Positions 1 through 9,171 of a stretch of DNA of 64,000 nucleotides are shown here, piece after piece. The stretch comes from Pirellulaceae bacterium. GTDB taxonomy: Bacteria > Planctomycetota > Planctomycetia > Pirellulales > Pirellulaceae. The stretch lies in contig JBGSUV010000142.1 of NCBI GenBank assembly GCA_041753315.1, positions 139-64,138 on the forward strand, read 5' to 3'. Each line of letters starts with the position of its first letter. Within the stretch, counting starts at the first letter, position 1. The notes beneath the pieces are model-generated. The model made no database searches and was not told the origin of the DNA. It worked only from the letters and a program-made list of their open reading frames with translations. The translations under genes were made by a program, and so were the position numbers.

Positions 1-196
1 TCCGCAAGCCAAAAGAGTACAGCCCCTTGCTTGTGAACGGCAGGTTGCGGCCGGAGAAGGCTCCGCCGGAGCGTCGCCATCCGTTGACCGCGTCACAAAG
101 ATGCTTAGAACGTTGGCGTCGCCCTCCGGTGACCACGTCACAAAGTTTTTTCAAGCGGTGGCGTGGCCCGCCCGTAGACCTTCCCCGATGAACAGC

Positions 197-985
197 TTAC
201 GGCTTGAATTTGGCGGCCGGAATCTTGACCTCACCGAGATCATTCATGCCAGCTTTGAGCGTGATTTCCATGCGACCACGTCCCCACTTTTCCTTCTTGC
301 CGCCAACAGTGACTTCGTCGATGGCACGGTCTGCTGATTCGTGCCAGACGCGGAAGGTCACTTCCCCAACGGGTAAATCTTTGATCTCAATCACGCCATC
401 TGCATCGGAGACACCTACATAGGGATGTTCAAGGACAATCACGTGGGCTTTCATCCAGGGATGCACGTTGCACTCAACTGGCATGGCCGATGGCTCCTCG
501 ACACCTTTCTTCAGCTCAATTTTCTTTGAACCACCAATGGCTATAAGCACGTTGACTGGCTGGTGGAAGAAGTTGAAGTTGGCGTTGTGGCCTGTTTGAT
601 CGCTGTTGAATACTTCGATCGTCTGTCCTGGACGAGTGACCAACACTTTGGGTTCAAACATGCAGTTCTTGTTATCCAATTTGTGGATAACCTCAGGGAT
701 CGCTTTGACAGCTTCGATTGGTTTCGCTTTGCTCTTTCCCGCGTCATACATTACGACCAAATTCTTGATGCCACCATCCTTACCGACGATCAAATTGTCC
801 TTCACGATCTCGACAGTAGCGCAAAAAGGATCGCGAGAACTGTCGATCTTTTCTGGCGCTGGCACTTTACCATCGCAGATGACTTTCAGCCGCAGGGTGG
901 CTGTCTCTTCGGCCCGGACATTTTGAACCGCGCCCGCGAAGCCAAACAAGCCAGCCAAACAAACAGACAATATCGTCTTTTTCAT
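197..985 (-). CDS. Secreted cupredoxin-like / carboxypeptidase-regulatory-like domain protein
   Basis: 262 aa ORF with N-terminal signal peptide, CMFEPKV and CNVHPWM (Cys-His-Met) motifs; paralog of 1436-2233. Confidence 0.7.
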   Translation of the reverse strand: MKKTILSVCLAGLFGFAGAVQNVRAEETATLRLKVICDGKVPAPEKIDSSRDPFCATVEIVKDNLIVGKDGGIKNLVVMYDAGKSKAKPIEAVKAIPEVIHKLDNKNCMFEPKVLVTRPGQTIEVFNSDQTGHNANFNFFHQPVNVLIAIGGSKKIELKKGVEEPSAMPVECNVHPWMKAHVIVLEHPYVGVSDADGVIEIKDLPVGEVTFRVWHESADRAIDEVTVGGKKEKWGRGRMEITLKAGMNDLGEVKIPAAKFKP

Positions 986-1435
986 CGATTTCTCCAGGGT
1001 TTAATTAGAAGACGTTCGCCCTATTGAGGTGCGAGCGTTGTGCATTCTCATGTGTTTGAAAGCCACAGCCATGCCGCGCACAGCCACTACTGGACGCGCA
1101 CCGCAAGTGGGGTTTTTGCGATTTGGCCTCCAAATCGCGGCAGGTCCCTCATTATACAAGTAAGCTTGGCAAATGCCAAACCACTCCACAATAGCGGCAA
1201 CGCCTCTCCGTCCGAAAGCAGGCGAAAGCAGCGGTGGACGAGTAGTGATGGCTGGGCAGCCGGGATGTGGTGGACTCGAATCAGACCAAGGGCGAGCCAA
1301 GGACCAACGCTCGTCCACAGCGATCATTGCACCATGTTGGTAGCTGTCAGTCACGCTCCCGTCGGGGTGAACCCGCAGCGGTGAGCGACTGTGGTGGGGG
1401 CCGGCCGAGTGAATTCCCCAAATTCGGAAGCTCGA

Positions 1436-2233
1436 TCAGAGCTTGAATTGATCCGCGGCGAGCTTAACAACCCCCAAGTCGTTGACCCCCGAGTGGAGTT
1501 GGATTTCCAGGCGTCCCCGTCCCCACTTTTGTTTCTTGCCGTCAACTGTTGCTTCATCTACCCAGCGATCCGCTAACTCGTGCCAGACGCGGAAGGATAC
1601 CTCGCCAACCGGCAGATTATTGATCTCTATCACCCCTCCTGCATCAGAGACTCCGACATAGGGATGATCCAGTACAACCACGAAGGACTTCATCCACGGA
1701 TGGATATTGCACACCACTGGCATTGGAGATGGTTCTTCGACTCCCATGCTCAGTTCGATTTTGTTGGTATTCGCCTGGGCAATCAGAGTGCCCAGACGTG
1801 ATGAAGGATGATTCAAGAGCATAAAATTGACACTGTGGCCAGTTGCATCGCTATTGATGACTTCGATGGTTTGCCCAGGCCTTGCCACCAGAATTTTGGG
1901 GGCGAACATACAATCTTTAATCTCCAGCTGATGAACAGCCTCAGGAGCAACTTGAACGGTAGGGCTTGGCTTAGCCTTGCTTCTTTTCTTGTCGTACATC
2001 AACACTAGGTTTTTGATGCCGCCATCGGCAGCCACCAGCAATTGATCTTCAACGAGATTCAGTGAGCCGCAAAAGGGGTCCCGCCCGCAATCGATCGTTT
2101 TAGGAGTAGGAGCTTCGCCGTCATAAACCACCTTGAGCCGCAGGCTTGCGGTCTCTTCGCCTTGGGCAACAGTGGTGCTGTGGGCAAACGCGATCCACAA
2201 GAGGCAATACACACCAGTGAAAAGTCTAATCAC
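1436..2233 (-). CDS. Secreted cupredoxin-like domain protein, tandem paralog
   Basis: 265 aa, signal peptide, CMFAPKI and CNIHPWM motifs; aligns end to end with 197-985. Confidence 0.7.
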   Translation of the reverse strand: MIRLFTGVYCLLWIAFAHSTTVAQGEETASLRLKVVYDGEAPTPKTIDCGRDPFCGSLNLVEDQLLVAADGGIKNLVLMYDKKRSKAKPSPTVQVAPEAVHQLEIKDCMFAPKILVARPGQTIEVINSDATGHSVNFMLLNHPSSRLGTLIAQANTNKIELSMGVEEPSPMPVVCNIHPWMKSFVVVLDHPYVGVSDAGGVIEINNLPVGEVSFRVWHELADRWVDEATVDGKKQKWGRGRLEIQLHSGVNDLGVVKLAADQFKL

Positions 2234-2331
2234 GCGAATCTCTCCGCTTTGAAACTGACAAAGAAGCCTTCCGCTTCTAGTAAGTAATAGTAGCTCACAA
2301 TTTGAAAGCCTTACACCTTACACCTCAAGCC

Positions 2332-4521
2332 TCATGCCTCAAGCCCGGCGATAGTGATGGGCACGGCTTTAAAGGCGGGGGTCTTGGATTGAGGATCCAA
2401 GGTACGAGGCACCAACACATTGGCCTCAGGATAATACATCATCACATTTCCAGGTTTGATCGCATCGTAGGCCCGCGCTAAATAACCACGGATTTCACCA
2501 ACTTGACTGCGAACGACAATGGGTTGATCTTTGCTTAACCCCAATCGCCGAATGTCATCTGAATGCATAAGCACCAAGTCGCGGCGCTCTTGCCCTCGGT
2601 AAAGATCCTCTTCTTCATAAACCACCGTGTTGAATTGGCCTTCACTGCGAATCGTCATCATCCGCAGTTCTCCGGTATCGGTCGCGATCAAGTCCGGCAG
2701 TGTATGGCGGTGCAAAACGGCTTTGCCATCAGTCGTTGCAAACGGGGGTTTGTGGAACGTGCGTCCGGGGATTTGAAACTCTTTCTTCGTCTGACCAATA
2801 TCGTTGACGGGAGAGTAGCCCGGCACGACCTTGCTGATCCAATGCCGAATCGTGTCGGTCTGCTCCATCTCTTTCCACTGAATGGCGTCGGAATCACCCA
2901 CGATTCGTTTGGCGATTTCGGCGATCACATGGATTTCACTGCGTGGCCCGGGAACGCGCGGTTCGCCTCCGTCGCTCAAACGCACAAAGTTGAACATCGA
3001 CTCCTGCGTCGTCGACTGAGGCTCCTCGTCGCGTGCCAGTACTGGCAAAATCAACGTCTCTTCACCTAGTGTTTGCACGTGCCCCGTGTTGAGTGTCGTA
3101 CTGAGCGTGACGAACAATTCAAGCTTGTTGAGTGCATCGCGCGCGTAGGTAGCATCGGGGTTAGAGCCAAACAAATTGCCTCCCAAGCAGATGCCGGCCT
3201 TCAATCGCCCGGTCTGCGCGGCTTCCATACAGGCCATCGTGTCCAAGCCGGGGGTGGTTGGCAACTGAATGCCAAAGTGCGTTTGCAGCCCGTTGAAGAT
3301 CTCGTCCTTGAGTTTTGGCGTGACGCCTACAGAACCGATGCCTTGAACATTCGAGTGCCCTCGAATGGGCATCATCCCGGCTCCTTCCCGTCCAACCATG
3401 CCGCGAAGCAGCGCCAAATTGACGATTGCTTCCACATTTTCGACACCATGCACGTGATGAGTAATCCCCATGGTCCAACTGAAGATCGTCGCTTTGGACT
3501 GCGTGTAGAGGGCGGAGATCTCGCGCATCTCTGCTTCTGACACGCCACTCTTCGCCTCTAACTCACTCCAGTTCGCTGACTTCAACCAATCCATGTAGGC
3601 GTCAACGTCCCGACAGTGGGCATGCACAAACGGTGCATCGACGTGGCCGGTCTCCACGACCGCTTTGGCAATTCCGGTCAGCAGCGCCAAGTCGCCGCCA
3701 ATGTGGGGCTGGATCACATGACTGGCGATGTTTGCTTTAAACAACATACTTCGCACGTCACTTGGAATACGGAATTTCATCAGCCCCAGCTCACGGACTG
3801 GGTTGATTACAACCACGTGACCCCCGCGTCGCCGTAGGTGGGTAAGCGACGTCATCAACCGCGGATGATTGCTCGCCGGATTGCCGCCTATGACAAACAC
3901 CAGATCCGATTTTTCGATATCGTCGAGTGTGACGGTGGCTGTGCCTGTACCCAACGCTTTGTTCAAGCCGACACCACTCGCCTGATGGCAATAGTAACTA
4001 CAGTTATTGACGTTGTTCGTTCCGTAGAGTCGGGCTGCGAGCTGCAGTAAAAACGCAGCTTCATTGCTGCTCCGGCCGCTGAAATACCAAAACGTTTCGT
4101 CCGGAGTCAGGTTGGTAAGCTTCTTGGCGATGCGGTCAAAAGCGTCCGTCCAGGTCGTGGTCTTGAAGTGCGTGCTACCGCGGGACGCCAGCACCGGTTG
4201 AATCAAACGCCCCGCGACCTCAAGTTGTCTCGGCGTCCACTGCTGCAAGTCGGCGATGCTATGTTTGGTCCAAAAGTCAGCGGTGATGGCCGGTTGCATG
4301 TCGGAGACCATGGCCTGGACCGACTTCTTGCAGACCTCGGGGAACGAACCACGTTCGTTGACCATCCCACCCCGTTGGCCACCCATGCCGAGCGCACATG
4401 TCTTGCATGTATTTTTGCTACGCAGCGCTTTGTACAGCTTCCAAGGGCCGCCCGCCTGCTTGGCTTTCTTAAATGTGTAGCGAATTGCCGCCCAGCCACC
4501 ACCGTTATTGACTCGTCGCAT
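2332..4521 (-). CDS. FdhF/YdeP family molybdopterin oxidoreductase
   Basis: CKTCALGM, YCHQAS, RGHSNVQG and TIRSEGQFNT motifs; likely start is the ATG at 4521 (MRRVNNGGGW), not 4662. Confidence 0.9.
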   Translation of the reverse strand: MRRVNNGGGWAAIRYTFKKAKQAGGPWKLYKALRSKNTCKTCALGMGGQRGGMVNERGSFPEVCKKSVQAMVSDMQPAITADFWTKHSIADLQQWTPRQLEVAGRLIQPVLASRGSTHFKTTTWTDAFDRIAKKLTNLTPDETFWYFSGRSSNEAAFLLQLAARLYGTNNVNNCSYYCHQASGVGLNKALGTGTATVTLDDIEKSDLVFVIGGNPASNHPRLMTSLTHLRRRGGHVVVINPVRELGLMKFRIPSDVRSMLFKANIASHVIQPHIGGDLALLTGIAKAVVETGHVDAPFVHAHCRDVDAYMDWLKSANWSELEAKSGVSEAEMREISALYTQSKATIFSWTMGITHHVHGVENVEAIVNLALLRGMVGREGAGMMPIRGHSNVQGIGSVGVTPKLKDEIFNGLQTHFGIQLPTTPGLDTMACMEAAQTGRLKAGICLGGNLFGSNPDATYARDALNKLELFVTLSTTLNTGHVQTLGEETLILPVLARDEEPQSTTQESMFNFVRLSDGGEPRVPGPRSEIHVIAEIAKRIVGDSDAIQWKEMEQTDTIRHWISKVVPGYSPVNDIGQTKKEFQIPGRTFHKPPFATTDGKAVLHRHTLPDLIATDTGELRMMTIRSEGQFNTVVYEEEDLYRGQERRDLVLMHSDDIRRLGLSKDQPIVVRSQVGEIRGYLARAYDAIKPGNVMMYYPEANVLVPRTLDPQSKTPAFKAVPITIAGLEA

Positions 4522-4673
4522 TTCTACATTCTCTTGAGGGGATCGAACGATTGCATTATGGGCCAATGGTCGGGGGGAAGTCAAAGTGGGGTCGTGGGTT
4601 ACGATTTGCCAGATTTCATCTACAATCCTGACAATTCGAAGTAAGTTGTGGTTGGCGAGCAAATACCAAGAAC

Positions 4674-5993
4674 ATGAAAATTTTAATTATCGGCAGCGGC
4701 GGACGCGAACACGCGCTCGCTTGGAAGATTCGGCAATCTCCGCGCGTAACAGACATTTTTGTAGCACCTGGCAATGCGGGAACCGGTCGTGAAGCGATCA
4801 ATGTACCCATTGCGGTTGACGATATCGCGGGTTTGGTGAAGTTCGCTAAGGCCGAGAAAATCGATCTAACGGTGGTCGGTCCTGAGGCATCGTTGGCTCT
4901 TGGCGTGGTCGATGCCTTCGAGTCCGAGAAACTACGGATTTTTGGCCCGACCAAGGCAGCCGCTCAACTCGAAAGCAGCAAAGCGTTTTGCAAGAACTTG
5001 TTGCGTCAAGCGGATGTGCCGACCGCTGACTTTCAAGTCTTTCGCGAGCCGGATGACGCGATGCGTTTCATCAAAGGTCGGTTTCCGGGTGAACACGATC
5101 GCTGCCCGGTGGTCGTCAAAGCCGATGGTTTGGCTTCAGGCAAAGGAGTGATCGTCTGCAAGCGTCGCAACGATGCTCTTGAAGCCATCGACCGCATTGC
5201 GCGCCGCAAAGAATTTGGTGCCGCTGGCATGCAGATGATCATCGAAGAACGGCTCGACGGGCAAGAGGCAAGTGTGCTGGCGATCACCGATGGTCGGACC
5301 ATCCTACCGCTCCCACCAGCCCAGGATCATAAACCAGCCTTTGATGGTGACACCGGACCTAATACTGGTGGCATGGGCGCCTACTGCCCAACCCCAATTG
5401 TCGATGATGCTTTGCTCGCGTGGATCGAAGAACATGTGCTCGTTCCAACCGTACACACAATGAAGCGGAATCGAAAACCGTTTCGCGGTGTTCTGTACGC
5501 GGGACTCATGCTGACCCCTCAGACTGGCCTCAAAGTACTCGAATACAACTGTCGTTTTGGTGATCCAGAGTGCCAGCCGCTATTGATGCGACTAAAGAGT
5601 GACCTCGTCGACATCCTGGAAGCGGTCGTCGACCAGACGTTGGACCAAATCGCGGTCCCTGTATGGGATCCTCGTCCGGCGATTTGCGTCGTCATGGCCA
5701 GTCAGGGATATCCAGGTGAATATGAGAAAGGACGGCCGATCGTCGGTATCGATGCCGCCGATGAAATGGAAGATGTGAAAGTCTTTCACGCAGGCACACG
5801 CTTGGAGGGAGATGCCGTGGTGACCGATGGTGGCCGCGTCCTGGGAGTGACCGCACTAGGTGAAAGCATTTCCAAAGCCAAGTTGGCTGCCTATACGGCC
5901 GTTCAAAAAGTACGCTGGGCAGGCTCTTGGTGCCGCAAGGATATCAGCGATAAAGCACTCGTTTACATGGAACAGCAAGCAGCACAGTTGTAA
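4674..5993 (+). CDS. purD: Phosphoribosylamine-glycine ligase
   Basis: GSGGREHALAW, APGNAG and EYNCRFGDPE signature motifs. Confidence 0.97.
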   Translation: MKILIIGSGGREHALAWKIRQSPRVTDIFVAPGNAGTGREAINVPIAVDDIAGLVKFAKAEKIDLTVVGPEASLALGVVDAFESEKLRIFGPTKAAAQLESSKAFCKNLLRQADVPTADFQVFREPDDAMRFIKGRFPGEHDRCPVVVKADGLASGKGVIVCKRRNDALEAIDRIARRKEFGAAGMQMIIEERLDGQEASVLAITDGRTILPLPPAQDHKPAFDGDTGPNTGGMGAYCPTPIVDDALLAWIEEHVLVPTVHTMKRNRKPFRGVLYAGLMLTPQTGLKVLEYNCRFGDPECQPLLMRLKSDLVDILEAVVDQTLDQIAVPVWDPRPAICVVMASQGYPGEYEKGRPIVGIDAADEMEDVKVFHAGTRLEGDAVVTDGGRVLGVTALGESISKAKLAAYTAVQKVRWAGSWCRKDISDKALVYMEQQAAQL

Positions 5994-6060
5994 TTCGGCT
6001 TGGTGACCCTGATGTTGATTTGGATCGTACTTAGTTGACCTATCCGTCAGACAAGTTCTA

Positions 6061-7890
6061 TTAATCCTTGCCGTAATGCTTGACTTGTTCCCAGTAGGTG
6101 TCGAACGCACCTTCAACGTGGAAATCAGGGCTGTTGTCCAAGTCGTGACATTCGAGGCATTTGTCGCGCGCTCGGGCAAGCGGCAATACCATTTGCTGCT
6201 GAAGTTCTTCTAACAACTCATTGTCTGCATCAATATCGCCCTGTTCTGCGGCCACGTGTTTTGATCCTGGACCATGGCAGTTCTCACAACCGCTTGCCAA
6301 CAGGTGCTCTGATGCATCCAAACTCGCATAACCGGTTTCGTAGGGATAATATTCTTGCGGATTCCAGCCAGTTACGTGGCAACTGACACATTCGGGATCA
6401 AAGTGGCGTTGAATGCCTCCGCGATCATTGGGTGGATTGACAATCGATTCGGTGGCATGGTGGTGGGGCGAGTTCTTCCAAATCTCGTAGGCAGTCGAAT
6501 GGCAATCGGCACACGCCTCGCTTCCCACGTACTCGCGTCCAGTAGGATGTGCGACCGGCGAGGCCCCCAAGCCGTCAAAACCGGCTGCTTTAAGTTGATC
6601 CTGATAAACAGCAAAATCTGCCAACATCCTGGCGGAGTCTTTGAATTGTGACGAGATAGCAATGCGTTGATAGCGGAGGGGTGTCTTGGCATCATCAAAC
6701 AGCCCAATGATCCCGCCGTACATACCCTTTACACCAACTTGCACCATGCGTGCTTCCGTTCCATCGATGGGTTCCGCATTCAGCGTCGGTTCGCCAAAAC
6801 CGCCCGCGGTGACCACCAGGTCGATGCCAGGCACCTGTTGAGCGATGGAGGTCGATTCTTTCATGGAAGCGTGAGCCAACAATACGATGAAGTCGCAGTT
6901 GGCTTCTTTGAGTTTAGCAACCACCGGCGTCAGCTTTTCCACTGGATCGGAAACTTCGACATCGGAGCTCTGTATATCAACAACGTGCTCCTGACCAAGA
7001 ACTGCGGTGATGCCAATTTTGCGTCCTCCCACTTCGATGATGCGCGAAGCGGGGAAAAAGCTCGGATCAAAAAGAACGGTTACGTTGGCAGAAAGAAATT
7101 GAGTTGGACTTTCCGCGTCATACCCAGCCGCTTGCACCAATTCGACACTGGTCAACTTGAGGTCATCGATCCCCAGCGTGGCAGCAGCATATTCCATTTT
7201 CTTGAACGCTTCAACGGTTGCCCGCATCTTTAGTTCTGGCTGTCGACCGATGCGCCGCACCTGATTGCCAACATCAACTGGAACAACATCCCAGCCGCGA
7301 TCTCGCAATGAGGTCAGCAATGTATCGCGTCGGATCAAGCCACCTTTTTGCTGATCCAGTCCGGTACAACCACACGGTTCGAGGTATCCGTGTTGTTGGC
7401 CCGATACAAAAAGCACAGCTTGAGGTTTGGGCCAGTCTTCCGCAATTTTCTGATTGCGTTCTTCATCCGTTGTTACATTTGCTTCTGCGGGCAGTTGTTG
7501 TGTCGAAATTGAGTCAACTGCTGTTGAATTAGCGTCCCCTGGAGTGCTGGGCGTCGCGTCGACTGAGACCGCATTGTCCGCCGTCGACGACAAAGCCACT
7601 TTGTCTTCTGTTTCTATTTCTGAAGAAAGATCGGCTTCACTATGCAGGACGATTTGTCCAGCTTCATTGCGGGCGTCGGCGTCCAGGACCGGTGGTTCGA
7701 TGTGCGGGGAATTTCCGGCGGAAGCCGCCAGTCCAAGGTCCGCCGGTGCTTTTCCTGGGGATTCACTCGTCGCCTTATCTTCCGAGTCCCCTCTGGCGAC
7801 GGGTTTGTCATGGGTGGCGTTTTGGCATCCAACAGTTGATAGCAATGCCAGCGAGCTTACTAACAGGACCAAATTGAGCCGACTGAGCAT
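6061..7890 (-). CDS. Lipoprotein with 5'-nucleotidase/metallophosphatase-like domain and tetraheme cytochrome c (c554-like) domain
   Basis: Lipobox-like TVGC; HGYLEPCGC motif; four CxxCH motifs (CADCH, CVSCH, CENCH, CLECH). Confidence 0.8.
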   Translation of the reverse strand: MLSRLNLVLLVSSLALLSTVGCQNATHDKPVARGDSEDKATSESPGKAPADLGLAASAGNSPHIEPPVLDADARNEAGQIVLHSEADLSSEIETEDKVALSSTADNAVSVDATPSTPGDANSTAVDSISTQQLPAEANVTTDEERNQKIAEDWPKPQAVLFVSGQQHGYLEPCGCTGLDQQKGGLIRRDTLLTSLRDRGWDVVPVDVGNQVRRIGRQPELKMRATVEAFKKMEYAAATLGIDDLKLTSVELVQAAGYDAESPTQFLSANVTVLFDPSFFPASRIIEVGGRKIGITAVLGQEHVVDIQSSDVEVSDPVEKLTPVVAKLKEANCDFIVLLAHASMKESTSIAQQVPGIDLVVTAGGFGEPTLNAEPIDGTEARMVQVGVKGMYGGIIGLFDDAKTPLRYQRIAISSQFKDSARMLADFAVYQDQLKAAGFDGLGASPVAHPTGREYVGSEACADCHSTAYEIWKNSPHHHATESIVNPPNDRGGIQRHFDPECVSCHVTGWNPQEYYPYETGYASLDASEHLLASGCENCHGPGSKHVAAEQGDIDADNELLEELQQQMVLPLARARDKCLECHDLDNSPDFHVEGAFDTYWEQVKHYGKD

Positions 7891-7929
7891 TGTTTTCTCT
7901 CCGCAGAAGCCATTCTCACGAGCGAAAGG

Positions 7930-9141
7930 TCATTTCACGACAACCAATCGAAGATAGATCGGCAATTCCTTCATCGTTTCGTGGTTTGTTTTGATAACGA
8001 TTTTTCCATAAGTTCCCGTTCCAGTTCCGGGATAGGAGACCTCGGGCGCTCCTTTGGGAACTTCGATTTGAATATGATACCGCGTTCGATTGGGTTCTAC
8101 TTTGGGTTCGCCGATCGTGACTTTCAACGCATCTTTGGGTTCCCATGATTCGACCACGGGTTTGATGGTCTCGCGCGCATCACCTTGAACGATCAATGTC
8201 AGCCCCACGGTGGCTCCCTCGGAAGACTTAACGCTTCCAAGCGAAAGTAGGTTCAACTGCATATCGAACATCGTGCCGCCAATGAGCGACAAGTCGCTGT
8301 CGACGCGTCCCACGACGGGCAATTCCAGGATGCCAACTTTGTCTTCTCGATCGGTTTGGAACTGAATTCTGGCACTGAGCGGCCCCAGTGGCAGGCCTGG
8401 CAAGAACTTAACGGTTACTTTATGGGCCAATACAGCGCTCTTGTGCCGTTCGTAAGGCGTTTCCTCCACAGGGACTTGATCAACTTGAAATTTGATCAGG
8501 TGGCGCATGTCTGGCTTCGACCACGCAAACTGGTTCAGCTTTTTTGAGTCTTTGAGGTAACTAAAGACATAAAACGTTCTTTCGGCGGTATCGTTTACCG
8601 AAAGTTCGCCAATATTGAGCGAATTTGGCTCGATCACGAAACTGTTGGCAACCTGCCCCTCGACCGTGAACTTCAATTCGGCCATTTCTGGGTCGTTGGT
8701 CTTGAATGTGGCTGATTGTCCAAACATGGGTACGATCGTCTCTGCCGTCCAGGACAAGGTGACGACGGTCTGCTCGTTGGGTTGCAGCATATTGCTTGCC
8801 ATGTTTCCAACGGTGCATTTGCAGGTCGAACCGGCCTTTTCAAGGACTAATGGCGCCGTACCAATGTTTCGGACCACAAATTCGTGGCTCATCGTTTCAC
8901 CATGCATCATGGTGCCAAACTCATAGCTGGCTCCGCCTTGCACCTCAACTTTGGGCGTGCCGGTCGATGCTATCGAAGCGTCGAACTGCCCGGTCGATTC
9001 AGCTGTCGAAATGAGAGTTCCCTCAAACTTCTCCGTGTAGCGACCAGCGGTTGCCATGTATTGCAACCCACCCAGGGCACCGCCAACCAGCGCTCCAACA
9101 ACAACCGTCAAGATAATTCGAAACATCGAGTCAACCTGCAA
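7930..9141 (-). CDS. DUF1573 (Ig-like) domain membrane-anchored protein
   Basis: N-terminal TM helix; HEFVVRNIGTAPLVL...STCKCT motif typical of DUF1573; start could be 9126. Confidence 0.7.
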   Translation of the reverse strand: MQVDSMFRIILTVVVGALVGGALGGLQYMATAGRYTEKFEGTLISTAESTGQFDASIASTGTPKVEVQGGASYEFGTMMHGETMSHEFVVRNIGTAPLVLEKAGSTCKCTVGNMASNMLQPNEQTVVTLSWTAETIVPMFGQSATFKTNDPEMAELKFTVEGQVANSFVIEPNSLNIGELSVNDTAERTFYVFSYLKDSKKLNQFAWSKPDMRHLIKFQVDQVPVEETPYERHKSAVLAHKVTVKFLPGLPLGPLSARIQFQTDREDKVGILELPVVGRVDSDLSLIGGTMFDMQLNLLSLGSVKSSEGATVGLTLIVQGDARETIKPVVESWEPKDALKVTIGEPKVEPNRTRYHIQIEVPKGAPEVSYPGTGTGTYGKIVIKTNHETMKELPIYLRLVVVK

Positions 9142-9171
9142 GATTAGAAAACTAACGTTGATAGAACAAAT

